Position numbers and translations under genes: made by a program
Assembly: GCA_040220235.1 (NCBI GenBank)
Contig: JAVJTO010000071.1
Length of the DNA stretch: 64,000 bases
Origin: Coleofasciculus sp. B1-GNL1-01
GTDB taxonomy: Bacteria > Cyanobacteriota > Cyanobacteriia > Cyanobacteriales > Coleofasciculaceae
Strand: one strand, 5' to 3'
The notes under the pieces: model-generated
What the model saw: only the letters and a program-made list of their open reading frames with translations
Told to the model about the DNA's origin: nothing
Database searches by the model: none
Shown here: piece after piece, positions 9,038 through 20,600 of the stretch
Layout of the letters: each line of letters begins with the position of its first letter
How positions within the stretch are numbered: the stretch's first letter is position 1

Positions 9038-10618
9038 ATGGTGAAATGGGGAATAACTGCTGTGCAACCGACAAAGCGACGCGAACAAATTGAACAAATT
9101 GTAGTTACTGCTGAGCAGATGCGCGAGATTGAAGGGCGTATCTTTGAGGCGGGAATGCCTGTGGCGGCGTTGATGGAAAAGGTGGCGGGGTTGATTACGA
9201 GGCGGATTCAAACCCTTTATCCTTATCCGCAAACGCGGCGTGTGGGTGTGTTAGTGGGTCCGGGACATAATGGCGGTGATGCTTTGGTGGTGGCGCGGGA
9301 GTTACAGTGTCAGGGCTATGAGGTGCTGATTTACCGTCCGATTAATAAGCTTAAGGAATTAACCTCGCAACATGCTGACTATGCGGAGAGTTTAGGGATT
9401 CCCTTTTATGAGCAGATTCAGCCGTTACTGGATTGTGATTTAATTATTGATGGATTGTTTGGCTTTGGGCAAACGCGATCGCTTGAAGGAAATCTGGCGG
9501 ATACGGTTAAGCAATTGAACCAACTCTCCCAACCTATCGCCAGTATCGATTTACCCTCTGGGATTCACACGGATACTGGGGAAGTCTTGAATACGGCGAT
9601 TCGGGCAAGTCGCACGTTCTGTTTAGGGTTATGGAAGCAGGCATTTTTACAAGATCAAGGATTGGATTATCTGGGAGAGGCGGAGTTAATTGATTTTGGT
9701 ATCCCCTTGGCGGATATTTGGGCAGTTTTGGGTCAATCACCGGGATTAATGCGGGTGACATCCTCTATGGTACGGGATTGTCTGCCCCTACACCGTCCAG
9801 CCGCTACCTATAAATATAAGGAAGGACATCTGCTGCTGATTTGTGGTTCAACCCAATATTCTGGTGGTGCCATTTTAACCGCACTGGGGGCGCGGGCGTC
9901 TGGGGTGGGAATGCTGTCTGTGGCGGTTCCGGATTCGCTGAAACCGCTATTAGTCAGTCATGTCCCAGAATCCCTGGTAATTGGGTGTCCGGAAACCCCC
10001 AGTGGCGCGATCGCACAGCTTCCTGATTCTGTAAACTTAAGTAAATTTAGTGCGATCGCCTGTGGTCCGGGTTTGACTCTGGATGGGAAGTCTTTGCTAC
10101 AAGAATTAATGAGGGTGGACTGTCCCCTGATTTTAGACGCTGATGGCTTAAATAGTTTGGCGGAACTGAAAACGATTCCTACGTTAATCCGGCGTCAGGG
10201 GGCGACGGTGTTAACGCCTCATGTGGGTGAGTTTAAGCGGTTATTTCCCGATTCGGCGGAATTGCTGCCTAATCGCGTCAGTGCGGTACAGAAGGCATCT
10301 CAATTGAGTCGATCTGTGATTTTATTAAAAGGTGCCAGAAGTGCGATCGCGAATTCCCAGGGATCGGTTTGGCTGGTGCCAGACAGTACACCCGCCCTAG
10401 CCCGTGGTGGCAGTGGGGATGTTCTCACCGGGCTTATTGGTGGCTTAGTCGCCCAGCCAGCAACCACCAAATTTCCCCTAGACGCCACCGTCGCGGCGGC
10501 GGCTTGGTGGCACGCCCAAGCGGGAATTTTAGCCGCACAGGAACGCACCGAGTTAGGCGTGGATGCTTTTACCTTGTCAGACTATCTCATCCCTGTGTTT
10601 CAACAAGGCAGAGGGTAG
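9038..10618 (+). CDS. nnr: Bifunctional NAD(P)H-hydrate epimerase/dehydratase (YjeF)
   Basis: ALMEKVA, GPGHNGGD, IDLPSG, LDADGLN, LTPH.GEF and ARGGSGDVL motifs. Confidence 0.95.
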   Translation: MVKWGITAVQPTKRREQIEQIVVTAEQMREIEGRIFEAGMPVAALMEKVAGLITRRIQTLYPYPQTRRVGVLVGPGHNGGDALVVARELQCQGYEVLIYRPINKLKELTSQHADYAESLGIPFYEQIQPLLDCDLIIDGLFGFGQTRSLEGNLADTVKQLNQLSQPIASIDLPSGIHTDTGEVLNTAIRASRTFCLGLWKQAFLQDQGLDYLGEAELIDFGIPLADIWAVLGQSPGLMRVTSSMVRDCLPLHRPAATYKYKEGHLLLICGSTQYSGGAILTALGARASGVGMLSVAVPDSLKPLLVSHVPESLVIGCPETPSGAIAQLPDSVNLSKFSAIACGPGLTLDGKSLLQELMRVDCPLILDADGLNSLAELKTIPTLIRRQGATVLTPHVGEFKRLFPDSAELLPNRVSAVQKASQLSRSVILLKGARSAIANSQGSVWLVPDSTPALARGGSGDVLTGLIGGLVAQPATTKFPLDATVAAAAWWHAQAGILAAQERTELGVDAFTLSDYLIPVFQQGRG

Positions 10619-10619
10619 G

Positions 10620-10850
10620 GGGCAGAAGGCAGAAGGTAGAGGGACACAGAGAGGAGATGAGGAAGATGAGGAAGATGGGGAAGATGAGGGATATGGGGGA
10701 GATGGGGAAGATGGGAAGAGTTTGAAAGTTGTAGGGGCGGGTTTTACCATTAACGGGAAGGTTTTCACCCTGATATAAATAAACCCGCCCCAACGGAGTG
10801 CCAGAATTCTTCGACCAAGGACAAATGACAAATGACGAATGACCAAATAG
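10620..10850. repeat. Purine-rich simple repeats, REP element and STRR composite
   Basis: GGCAGAA and GA(G/A)GATG(A/G)GG repeats; the same composite layout occurs at 17000-17180. Confidence 0.75.
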
Positions 10851-11262
10851 AGAGATAAGAGATTCAAATAGAAAGATTGTGGCAGGATAACACTCCAGAT
10901 TGTGTGAACTTTTAATAAAGTCTATAGTCGCTAGACGAAATTCTCTACACCAGAAGTGTTTATAGCAGTAGCTTTTCGGAAGGTTCATCTATTTATCGGT
11001 CTTCCGCTGCAATACATCTCGGTATAGAAATAAGGTAAGCCATTCTTGATCCTGAGTTTTCGTCACTCGATCATTAGGTTTGCCTGGAATACTTGCCTTG
11101 ACAAATGCTCTGTACACGGCTAATATCTCTGATTTTGTTCAACAAGCAACAATTGTCCAATCTCCGAATTTCTGATTTGTCCAGTATTTCGCTGTTGTGG
11201 CAACCGAAAAATGACCAACTGAACCCTCCGTCCTTAAATCAATCCCCAATTGTGTGTTTCCC

Positions 11263-12537
11263 ATGACTAATGAACTACTGCAACAAGTCCGGATTTTAGA
11301 TCCGGTGTCTGGAACCGACCAACTCGCTGATGTGCTAATTACAGACGGCATCATCAAGGCTGTTGCACCAAAAATTGAGGAGTGGTCCAGTGATACGGTG
11401 GTGCGGGATTGCCAAGGTCTAATTTTAGGGACTGGCTTAGTTGATCTTTACAGTCATTCGGGGGAACCGGGCTATGAAGAACGAGAAACCTGGGCATCAC
11501 TTCTCGCCGCAGCGACGGCGGGCGGCTTTACCCGATTAGCGATTTTACCGGATACCGTACCGCCGTTAGATAATCCCTCTGGACTTGCCCGTGTGCGCCA
11601 GCAGGAACGTTCCCATCCCAGCCAATCTTCCCCTCACCTATATTACTGGGGGGCGATAACCCAGGGTGTGGAAGGACAACAGATGACGGAACTAGCTGAG
11701 TTAGCCGCCGCAGGTGTCGTGGGTTTTGCCGATGGGCGTCCTTTATCGAATCTGGCTTTACTGCGGCGAGTGTTAGAATACCTGCGCCCGTTGCCAATTC
11801 CTGTGGCGTTGTGGGCGTGTGACCCGAAGTTAAAGGGAAATGGGGTGATCCGGGAAGGGGCGAACTCTATCCGGTTTGGTATCCCTGGAAATCCCGCCAT
11901 GTCAGAATCAGCCGCCTTATCTGCCATCTTAGAAGTGGTGAGTGCGATCGCGACTCCGGTGCATTTGATGCGGATCTCAACCCGTCGCGGTGTGGAATTG
12001 ATTCAAGAGGCGAAAGCACGAGGCATCCCAGTTACTGCCAGCACCTCTTGGATGCATTTGCTACTAGATACTCAAGATCTAAGTAATTATAATCCCAACT
12101 TACGCCTAGACCCCCCATTAGGCAATCCCGATGACCGCATCGCCCTGATTGAAGGCATTCGGGATGGTGTAATTGATGCCATTGCTATTGACCATACCCC
12201 CTACACTTATGAAGAGAAAACCGTTGCCTTTGCCGAAGCGCCACCAGGAGTCATTGGTTTAGAGTTAGCGTTACCCTTACTTTGGCAAAATTTAGTGGAA
12301 ACGGGTGTATATTCAGCATTGCAACTGTGGCAAACAATTAGCACAAATCCAGCGTTTTGTCTAGGTCAATCCCCTGCTAAAATTGCCAATGATCAACCCG
12401 CAGAACTGGTATTATTTGACCCACAGCAGAGTTGGACAGTGGCACAAGATACCCTGAAATCCCTCTCTAGGAATACACCGTGGTTTGGGAAGAAACTTAT
12501 GGGGCGCACCATTCAAACCTGGTCAGGACTGACGTAA
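11263..12537 (+). CDS. pyrC: Dihydroorotase
   Basis: GLVDLYSH.GEPG.E, AGGFT, L.PPLG, AIDHTP and AFAEAPPG motifs. Confidence 0.92.
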   Translation: MTNELLQQVRILDPVSGTDQLADVLITDGIIKAVAPKIEEWSSDTVVRDCQGLILGTGLVDLYSHSGEPGYEERETWASLLAAATAGGFTRLAILPDTVPPLDNPSGLARVRQQERSHPSQSSPHLYYWGAITQGVEGQQMTELAELAAAGVVGFADGRPLSNLALLRRVLEYLRPLPIPVALWACDPKLKGNGVIREGANSIRFGIPGNPAMSESAALSAILEVVSAIATPVHLMRISTRRGVELIQEAKARGIPVTASTSWMHLLLDTQDLSNYNPNLRLDPPLGNPDDRIALIEGIRDGVIDAIAIDHTPYTYEEKTVAFAEAPPGVIGLELALPLLWQNLVETGVYSALQLWQTISTNPAFCLGQSPAKIANDQPAELVLFDPQQSWTVAQDTLKSLSRNTPWFGKKLMGRTIQTWSGLT

Positions 12538-12793
12538 TTTTATTTAATCTTACGCCCGGAAACCGTAGGGGCGCACCGACGTGCGCCCGATTCAATGGTC
12601 AAATCTACTTCACAATTTTAGCTGTGCCAATTCACTATAGGTTAAGGTTGAACGGGGTCTATAGGACGGCACATTTTCCCATGATAAAAAAGTACCTAAA
12701 TTCATGGGAAAAGTCAAGCCCTAATTCTATTATTTTTGGGGAATCTATTTTATTGTGTTACCTGTCCTGTAGGGGCGAGTCGCGGCACTATCG

Positions 12794-13009
12794 TTATTGC
12801 CGGGGTTTATCTTCTGAAATCGATTCGAGGTTGCTCATTCTCGGTGACAATGGTATCAACTCAGTTGGCTCATATTCAACGTAATTGCCTAAATCTTCCA
12901 CAACAGTATCAGGGGGGAGCGGCTCATCCGGCGATAAGGGTAAACCGCCACGTCCAGTGACGATAAATGTGTTCTCTACGGCTATTTCACTTTTATCGAG
13001 AGTAGATTG
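12794..13009 (-). pseudogene. Fragment resembling the C-terminus of cyanobacterial filamentous-haemagglutinin-like exoproteins
   Basis: A 71-codon open frame with no start codon ahead of the conserved motif, reading ...ENTFIVTGRGGLPLSPDEPL...; not in the ORF track. Confidence 0.6.
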
Positions 13010-13066
13010 TTATACTGCCACTGGGAGATACTATTCAATCAAGACTCGATAACTAGATAACCACTC

Positions 13067-15730
13067 ATGCAGCCCACCGACGCCAGCAAATTTACCGACA
13101 AAGCCTGGGAAGCGATCGTTAAATCCCAAGACGTTGCCCGCCGCTGTCGCAATCAACAGCTAGAAGTTGAACATGTGGCGATCGCACTCTTGGAACAAGA
13201 GGGGTTAGCCGCCCGGATTCTGTCACGGGTGACGGTGGATGTGCCGACATTTAAGCAGCAATTGGAAGCCTTCGCCAATCGCCAAGCTAAGGTGAATAAT
13301 GTTGACCAACTCTACCTGGGGCGAGGCTTGGATATTATGCTGGATAATGCCGAGGCATCCAGAGTCGCCCTGGACGATGATTATATTGCGGTTGAGCATT
13401 TACTCTTGGGATTAGCCGCCGATGAACGCATCGGACGCCGCTTGTTTAAAAGCTTTGACCTGGATAGTCCCAAACTCGAAGCCGCGATTAAAGCGATTCG
13501 GGGTTCCCAAAAAGTCACCGATCAAAGTCCGGAATCCCGCTATGAAGCGCTAGAGAAATTTGGGCGGGATTTGACCGAACAAGCCAAAGCCGGGAAACTT
13601 GATCCGGTAATTGGGCGGGATGAAGAGATTCGTCGAGTGGTGCAAGTCTTATCCCGACGTTCCAAAAATAACCCGGTACTCATTGGGGAACCCGGTGTCG
13701 GTAAAACCGCGATCGCAGAAGGATTGGCACAACGGATAATTAATGGAGATGTGCCAGAATCCCTCAAAGAACGCCAGTTGATTTCCTTGGATATGGGGAG
13801 TTTAATTGCGGGGGCGAAATATCGAGGGGAATTTGAAGATAGACTCCGCGCCGTCTTACGGGAAGTTACCCAGTCTGATGGGCATATTGTCCTGTTTATT
13901 GATGAATTGCATACCGTTGTCGGTACCGGATCAGGTCAAGGAACAATGGATGCCGGGAATTTACTCAAACCCATGCTAGCGCGAGGGGAATTGCGCTGTA
14001 TTGGGGCGACAACCTTAGATGAGTACCGCAAGCATATTGAAAAAGACGCCGCCTTAGAACGACGGTTTCAACAGGTACTGGTACGGCAGCCGACGGTGGA
14101 CAATACGATTTCTATTTTACGGGGACTTAAGGAACGTTACGAAGTTCACCATAATGTCACCATTACCGACTCCGCCTTAGTCGCCGCCGCGACGCTATCG
14201 AATCGGTATATTAGCGATCGCTTTTTGCCCGATAAAGCCATTGATTTAGTGGATGAAGCCGCCGCCAAGCTGAAAATGGAGATTACCTCCAAACCCGTAG
14301 AACTTGAAGCGATTGATCGCAGGCTGATGCAGCTAAAGATGGAAAAGCTATCCCTAGAAGCCGAAAGTCAGCGTCAGGGTGTCGCCGCCGTTAGTAGTGC
14401 CTATCAGTCGTCTCAGGAACGGTTAGACCGGATAGAGCAAGAAATAGAACAACTCGAAACCAATCACCAACAGCTTAACGGACAATGGCAATCGGAAAAA
14501 CAACTCCTAGAAGAAATTAACGACCTGAAAAAAGAAGAAGACCAACTTCGGGTTAAAATCGAGCAAGCCGAACGCGCCTATGATTTAAACCAAGCCGCCC
14601 AGCTTAAGTATGGACAACTCGAGGTACTCCAGCGCGATCGCGAGGCAAAAGAGACGATGATGCTGGAACTCCAAGCAAAGGGTTCCGCCTTACTCCGAGA
14701 ACAAGTCACCGAAGCCGATATTGCCGAAATTGTCGCCAAGTGGACAGGGATTCCCGTAAAACGGTTACTGGAGTCAGAACGCCAGAAACTCTTGCAGCTA
14801 GAAGGACATCTGCACAAACGAGTCATTGGGCAAGGAGAAGCCGTGGAAGCCGTCGCCGCCGCCATTCGTCGTGCTAGGGCGGGGATGAAAGATCCCGGAC
14901 GCCCCATCGGTTCATTCCTCTTCTTGGGACCCACAGGTGTGGGGAAAACGGAATTGGCGCGGGCTTTGGCACAGTTCCTTTTTGACAGCGAGGATGCTTT
15001 AGTCCGAATTGATATGTCCGAGTATATGGAGAAACACGCCGTTTCCCGGTTAATTGGCGCACCTCCCGGATATGTTGGCTATGAAGAAGGGGGACAACTC
15101 ACCGAAGCCATTCGCCGTCGCCCCTACTCGGTAGTGTTACTGGATGAAGTGGAAAAAGCACACCGAGATGTATTTAACATTTTATTACAAGTCCTTGACG
15201 ACGGACGCATCACCGACTCCCAAGGGCGAACCGTGGATTTCCGCAATACGATTATTGTCATGACCAGTAATATTGGCAGTGATCATATCCTGAATGTAGC
15301 GGGAGATGATGCCCAATATGAGGAGATGCGGAAGCGAGTCACCGATGCCTTAAGAAAGCAATTTCGCCCCGAATTCGTCAACCGTGTCGATGATATCATC
15401 ATCTTCCACACCCTGACGCGCAAGGAACTGCGGCAAATTGTCGAGATTCAACTGCGACGGATTGAACAGTTGTTAGCGGATCAGAAAATCTCCATTGAAC
15501 TGTCATCGACGGCGCAAGACTATGTGGTGAATGTCGGGTATGATCCCGTCTATGGGGCGCGTCCTCTGAAACGGGCAATCCAACGGGAACTGGAAAACCC
15601 AATTGCCACGAAGTTATTAGAAAACACATTTGGGGCGGGAGATACAATCCTCGTTCATTGTGTGGATAACGCCCTCACCTTTGAGAAAAAGGAGGCGGTA
15701 AATTTGCCGGAACCGCAATCGGTACATTGA
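13067..15730 (+). CDS. clpB: ATP-dependent chaperone ClpB
   Basis: Two AAA+ modules ([16 protein letters not shown]) and a coiled-coil middle domain. Confidence 0.98.
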   Translation: MQPTDASKFTDKAWEAIVKSQDVARRCRNQQLEVEHVAIALLEQEGLAARILSRVTVDVPTFKQQLEAFANRQAKVNNVDQLYLGRGLDIMLDNAEASRVALDDDYIAVEHLLLGLAADERIGRRLFKSFDLDSPKLEAAIKAIRGSQKVTDQSPESRYEALEKFGRDLTEQAKAGKLDPVIGRDEEIRRVVQVLSRRSKNNPVLIGEPGVGKTAIAEGLAQRIINGDVPESLKERQLISLDMGSLIAGAKYRGEFEDRLRAVLREVTQSDGHIVLFIDELHTVVGTGSGQGTMDAGNLLKPMLARGELRCIGATTLDEYRKHIEKDAALERRFQQVLVRQPTVDNTISILRGLKERYEVHHNVTITDSALVAAATLSNRYISDRFLPDKAIDLVDEAAAKLKMEITSKPVELEAIDRRLMQLKMEKLSLEAESQRQGVAAVSSAYQSSQERLDRIEQEIEQLETNHQQLNGQWQSEKQLLEEINDLKKEEDQLRVKIEQAERAYDLNQAAQLKYGQLEVLQRDREAKETMMLELQAKGSALLREQVTEADIAEIVAKWTGIPVKRLLESERQKLLQLEGHLHKRVIGQGEAVEAVAAAIRRARAGMKDPGRPIGSFLFLGPTGVGKTELARALAQFLFDSEDALVRIDMSEYMEKHAVSRLIGAPPGYVGYEEGGQLTEAIRRRPYSVVLLDEVEKAHRDVFNILLQVLDDGRITDSQGRTVDFRNTIIVMTSNIGSDHILNVAGDDAQYEEMRKRVTDALRKQFRPEFVNRVDDIIIFHTLTRKELRQIVEIQLRRIEQLLADQKISIELSSTAQDYVVNVGYDPVYGARPLKRAIQRELENPIATKLLENTFGAGDTILVHCVDNALTFEKKEAVNLPEPQSVH

Positions 15731-15977
15731 ACGGGTTTCGTAAAAAATCTTCATTAAAGTTTTAGGAGAATCTCTCCCGAATTCAGCTACTATTCAGTTA
15801 GGAGCAGAATCCAGGACAGGGGCATCTCTAAAAAACTTTAAACGTTCGTAGTAAGCGCTTTAGCGCCATCATTAGCGCCATCAGTGCCTCAGCACTAACT
15901 ACAAACACTTAACCCGATTGTCTTCTAAACCAGGCAAAAGTGACATTTGACTTTTGACCTTTAACGTTTGACTTGTT

Positions 15978-16961
15978 ATGTCCCTTACCTTCACCGTCGC
16001 GATTCCCACGTATAATGGCGGAAGCCGAATCCCCGAAGTATTAGAACGACTGCACCGCCAAACGGGTACAGAATCGATTCGCTGGGAAGTTATCGTTATT
16101 GATAATAACAGTACCGATAACACGGCTGAAATTGTTAAAGCGTATCAGGAAAACTGGTCTGCCGACATTCCCCTACGATACTGCGTTGAAGCAAGACAAG
16201 GGGCAGGATTTGCCCGACAATTAGCCGTTAAGGAAGCCCAAGCCCCCCTAATTGGATTTTTAGACGATGATAACATTCCCGCCCTAAACTGGGTGGCTGC
16301 CGCCGTTGCCTTTGCTCAAGCCTATCCCAAAGCCGGTGCCTATGGCAGTCAAATCCATCCCGACTTTGAAGTACCGCCCCCCGACAGCTTAAAACCGATT
16401 CTACCCTTTTTAGCGATCGCAGAACGCGGTGACCAACCCTTTCGCTACGAACCCCGCCACAAATTATTACCCCCTTCAGCCGGATTAGTTATCCGAAAAC
16501 AGGCTTATCTGGATAGTGTTCCCAATCAACTGATTTTAACAGGCAGAATTCAGGGAAATATGCTCACCGGGGAAGACTTGGAAATGTTAAGTTATATGCA
16601 GCTCAACGGCTGGGAAATTTGGTATAACTCAGCCATGGAAATTGACCATAAAATCCCCCAGAAACGCTTACAGCGAGACTATTTAATCCCCTTTATGCGT
16701 GGCATTGGACTCAGCCGTTTTGTCACCCGCATGTTAAGCGTCAAACCTTGGCAACGCCCCTTAGCTTTTGTTGCCTATACCGTTAACGACTTGCGGAAAC
16801 TCATTATTCACAGCCTTAAATATCAGGGGAAACGTCAATCGGATTTAGTCGCCGCTTGTCAATGGCAACTCGTTTTGAGTAGTTTAGAGAGTCCATTCTA
16901 TTTATACAAAAATGGCTATTTTAATCACCCGAACCAAATCATTACCCTAAAAGGTAAGTAG
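15978..16961 (+). CDS. hpsE: HpsE-family GT2 glycosyltransferase
   Basis: FTVAIPTYNG, FLDDDN, GEDLE and GWEIWYN.....HKIP motifs. Confidence 0.85.
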   Translation: MSLTFTVAIPTYNGGSRIPEVLERLHRQTGTESIRWEVIVIDNNSTDNTAEIVKAYQENWSADIPLRYCVEARQGAGFARQLAVKEAQAPLIGFLDDDNIPALNWVAAAVAFAQAYPKAGAYGSQIHPDFEVPPPDSLKPILPFLAIAERGDQPFRYEPRHKLLPPSAGLVIRKQAYLDSVPNQLILTGRIQGNMLTGEDLEMLSYMQLNGWEIWYNSAMEIDHKIPQKRLQRDYLIPFMRGIGLSRFVTRMLSVKPWQRPLAFVAYTVNDLRKLIIHSLKYQGKRQSDLVAACQWQLVLSSLESPFYLYKNGYFNHPNQIITLKGK

Positions 16962-17182
16962 GTGGGTAGAAAAAAACATCATCAATACTGTTCGATTAAG
17001 GGGAGATGGGGAAGATGAGGGAGATGGGGAAGATGGGGGAATTGTAGGGGCGGGTTTTACCACTAACCTTTGCTTTGCACCCTAATATAACTAAACCCGC
17101 CCCAAAGGATTACCAGCATTCTGCGACGAATGACCAATGACGAAAGACCAATGACCAATGACCAATGACTAATGACAAAACA

Positions 17183-18133
17183 ATGTCTATAGACTTCACC
17201 GTAGCGATTCCCACCTATAATAGCGCCAACCGTTTAACCAAGCTATTGGATAAACTGCGACAGCAAACAGATTTAGACCAAATTACCTGGGAAATAATTG
17301 TTGTTGATAATAACAGTACCGATAATACCGCCCAAGTGGTGCAGGAGTATCAAGAGAATTGGCTAGCCGATGTTCCCTTAACCTACATCCTGGAACCGGA
17401 ACAAGGTGCCGCTTATGCCAGATTACGGGCAGTAAAAGAAGCCCAGGGGGAACTGATTGGATTTCTGGATGATGATAACTTACCCAATCCAGATTGGATA
17501 GTCCAAGCACATACTTTTGCCAAAAACCATCCCCAAGCGGGTGCATTGAGTGGGCAAATTCATGGAGAGTTTGAAGTTGAACCGCCGGAAAACTTTCAAC
17601 GCATCCAAGCCTTTTTAGCCATTCGAGAACATGGTTCTACGCCTCATCAATTTGAACCGCAAAACTTGAGACTTCCAACAGCAGCGGCGTTAGTGGTTCG
17701 TCGAAAAGCTTGGCAGGAAAGCGTTCCCCAACGTCCTCATTTAAAAGGGAGATTGGCAGGTTCAATGTTGGGCGGAGAAGACTATGAGCCACTACTTTAC
17801 ATGCATAAAGCGGGGTGGGAAATTTGGTATCATCCCGATTTGCATACCTATCATCAAATACCCCACTGGCGATTAGAAAGGGATTATTTACTCTCTATTT
17901 CCCGGGGGTGTGGGTTAGCCACCTGCCAGCTACGGATGGTGAATGCTAAACCTTGGCAGAAACCACTGATTATTATTCGCAACCTTTTAGGCAGCTTGCG
18001 TCGAGTTGTTTTGCAGTTTCTTAAATATCGGGGGCAATTCAAGACTAATCTAATTGCAGCTTGTGAAATGGAATTTTTTTGGGGAAGTTTAATTAGTTCA
18101 TTTTTGGTTGTGAAACGAAGTTCATTAACATAA
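17183..18133 (+). CDS. hpsE: Second HpsE-family GT2 glycosyltransferase (tandem paralogue)
   Basis: Same motif set; the upstream ATG at 17165 lies in STRR sequence. Confidence 0.85.
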   Translation: MSIDFTVAIPTYNSANRLTKLLDKLRQQTDLDQITWEIIVVDNNSTDNTAQVVQEYQENWLADVPLTYILEPEQGAAYARLRAVKEAQGELIGFLDDDNLPNPDWIVQAHTFAKNHPQAGALSGQIHGEFEVEPPENFQRIQAFLAIREHGSTPHQFEPQNLRLPTAAALVVRRKAWQESVPQRPHLKGRLAGSMLGGEDYEPLLYMHKAGWEIWYHPDLHTYHQIPHWRLERDYLLSISRGCGLATCQLRMVNAKPWQKPLIIIRNLLGSLRRVVLQFLKYRGQFKTNLIAACEMEFFWGSLISSFLVVKRSSLT

Positions 18134-18280
18134 ATATAAACTTGAAGCGAAACTCAAGGTATTGCCAGATAATCCCCAAGTTGCTGTCGTCTATAGAGGG
18201 ATACTAAAACGGTTGAAAACGTTGTTTCGCCATAAACCGTTAACTGGAGTTGCGCCAGTCAGCCCCCTCCGAAGTCTCAA

Positions 18281-18296
18281 GTGAGGAAATCCGAAT
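18281..18296 (-). promoter_or_regulatory. Possible K-box-like chaperone-promoter element upstream of htpG
   Basis: Reverse complement ATTCGG-ATTT-CC-TC-AC resembles GTTCGG-NNAN-CCNNAC with two mismatches. Confidence 0.25.
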
Positions 18297-18382
18297 CTTA
18301 TCCGTGGGTCATCCCCTCCTGAAAACTAGCCGCGATCGCGCAAAATCATCAGTGAACCCTAAACCTATATGGCGTTATACCT

Positions 18383-20365
18383 ATGACTGTACTCGAACAG
18401 GGAAAAATCACCATTCATACTGAGAATATCTTTCCCATTATCAAGAAGTCGCTCTACACCGACCACGAAATCTTCTTGCGGGAATTGATTTCCAACGCCG
18501 TGGACGCCATCCAGAAGCTGAAGATGGTGTCCTACTCTGGGGAAGTGGATGGAGATGTGGGGAACCCAGAAATTACCATTTCCCTGGATAAAAATAACAA
18601 AACCCTCTCCGTCTCCGATAACGGGATTGGCATGACCGCTGAGGAGGTGAAAAAATATATTAACCAGGTTGCCTTCTCCAGCGCCGAAGAGTTTATCCAG
18701 AAATACCAAAAAGACGCCGACCAGCAGATTATCGGTCACTTCGGCTTGGGATTCTACTCCTGCTTCATGGTGGCGAAGAAAGTCGAGATTGATACCCTCT
18801 CCTACCAAGCCGAGGCTGAGGCGGTACATTGGTCCTGTGATGGGTCTCCCCTGTTTGAACTGTCGGAGTCGTCCCGCAAAGAACGGGGAACCACGATTAC
18901 GCTGACGCTACAGGATGAAGAGACCGAATATGTCGAACCCGCCCGGATTCGCCAACTGGTGAAGAAGTACTGCGACTTCATGCCTGTACCGATTAAGATG
19001 GATGGCGAGGATCTCAATCAACACAAGGCACTGTGGAAACAATCACCACGGGATCTCAAGGATGAGGACTATTTAGAATTTTATCGCTATCTGTATCCGT
19101 TTCAGGAAGACCCCCTGCTGTGGGTGCATCTGAAGACCGATTATCCGTTTTTGTTGAATGGGATTCTCTATTTCCCCAAACTGAAGCCAGATGTAGATGT
19201 GACCAAAGGTCATATCAAGTTATTCTGTAATCAGGTTTTTGTCAGCGATAACTGCGAAGAAGTTATTCCCAACTTCCTCATGCCCTTGCGCGGGGTAATT
19301 GATAGTCCCGATATTCCCATCAATGTGTCCCGTTCCGCCCTGACTAATGACCGGACGGTGCGCCGGATTGCTGATTTCATTGCCAAGAAAATTGCTGACC
19401 GTCTCAACCAACTGTATACTGAGCAACGGCAAGACTATATCCGCTGCTGGCAAGATGTGGGCACCTTTGTTAAGTTTGGGGCGCTGAATAACGATAAGTT
19501 CAAAAAGCAAGTCGAAGATATCATTCTCTATCGCACCACCTTTTCTGGGGAATCAGAAAGCCAAGCAGAGACACCGGAGGTAGAGGTGCAGTCGCCAGAA
19601 GACGATGCTTGGCAAGAGGTGAGTCCATCCGCCGTGAATCAGGATGAGCAAGGGCGAACCTATACGACGCTGAAAGAGTATTTAGACCGCAACAAAGCCA
19701 AGCACGAGAACCACGTCTTCTACTGCACCGACGAAGCCGCCCAAGCCACGTATGTGGAACTGCACAAGAATCAGGGCTTAGAAGTCCTCTATATGGACTC
19801 GTTTATCGACACCCACTTCATTAGTTTCCTGGAACAGGAATACTCTGATGTGAAGTTCTCGCGGGTAGACTCGGAGTTAGATAATACCCTGGTTGACCAA
19901 GATAAGGCGTCGGATATCGTTGACCCCAAAACCAATAAGACTCGTAGCGAACTGATTAAGGAGTTATTTGAGCAAGCGATAAACAAGCCCAAGGTTAATG
20001 TGAAAACCCAGGCGCTGAAATCCGATGACCCTCAAGGGACACCGCCAGCGATGGTACTGTTACCAGAAGCTATGCGACGGTTACAGGATATGACCGCCCT
20101 ATTGCAGCAGCAAGCGGCGCAGTTTCCAGAGGAACATATTTTGGTCGTGAATACGGCACATCCCTTGATTCAGAATTTAGTCGAGATTAGTCAAGGGAGT
20201 ATTGTCCAAGGGGCGGGTTCATCGCCGAGTGGGGAACTAGCCAATCAAATTTGTCAACATGTCTACGACTTGGCATTAATGGCGCAACGGGGCTTTGACG
20301 CCAATGGCATGAAGGCGTTTGTCGAACGGTCGAATCAGGTGTTGACACGATTAACAGGTCGTTAA
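18383..20365 (+). CDS. htpG: Molecular chaperone HtpG (Hsp90)
   Basis: IFLRELISNAVDA, DNGIGM and IGHFGLGFYS motifs. Confidence 0.98.
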   Translation: MTVLEQGKITIHTENIFPIIKKSLYTDHEIFLRELISNAVDAIQKLKMVSYSGEVDGDVGNPEITISLDKNNKTLSVSDNGIGMTAEEVKKYINQVAFSSAEEFIQKYQKDADQQIIGHFGLGFYSCFMVAKKVEIDTLSYQAEAEAVHWSCDGSPLFELSESSRKERGTTITLTLQDEETEYVEPARIRQLVKKYCDFMPVPIKMDGEDLNQHKALWKQSPRDLKDEDYLEFYRYLYPFQEDPLLWVHLKTDYPFLLNGILYFPKLKPDVDVTKGHIKLFCNQVFVSDNCEEVIPNFLMPLRGVIDSPDIPINVSRSALTNDRTVRRIADFIAKKIADRLNQLYTEQRQDYIRCWQDVGTFVKFGALNNDKFKKQVEDIILYRTTFSGESESQAETPEVEVQSPEDDAWQEVSPSAVNQDEQGRTYTTLKEYLDRNKAKHENHVFYCTDEAAQATYVELHKNQGLEVLYMDSFIDTHFISFLEQEYSDVKFSRVDSELDNTLVDQDKASDIVDPKTNKTRSELIKELFEQAINKPKVNVKTQALKSDDPQGTPPAMVLLPEAMRRLQDMTALLQQQAAQFPEEHILVVNTAHPLIQNLVEISQGSIVQGAGSSPSGELANQICQHVYDLALMAQRGFDANGMKAFVERSNQVLTRLTGR

Positions 20366-20369
20366 GCGC

Positions 20370-20397
20370 AAGTTCTCCCGCAGTGCGGGAGAACTTC
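20370..20397 (+). terminator. Hairpin just after htpG
   Basis: AAGTTCTCCCGC-AGT-GCGGGAGAACTT, a 12-bp stem with no U-tract. Confidence 0.5.
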
Positions 20398-20600
20398 AAG
20401 GTTAGATTGAGCCAGTCTCTTTATATACCTATATTCGTAGATATTAAAAAGCAAAGAATTATGAAGATGCTCCTCAAAAATCTTTATGGAAATTTCATAT
20501 TAAACTTCAAAGCCTCAGACCAATATCTGTTAAAATGAGAGGGCTAATGAGAAAAAAACTGAATACAAAATAAATTAGGGACTATTCAAAACCGATATCA

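Noticed and set aside
10563..10988. Short ORFs after nnr
   Set aside because: Built from simple repeats and a REP element.
18365..18829. 154-aa antisense ORF over htpG
   Set aside because: Shadow frame explained by codon bias of a highly expressed chaperone gene.
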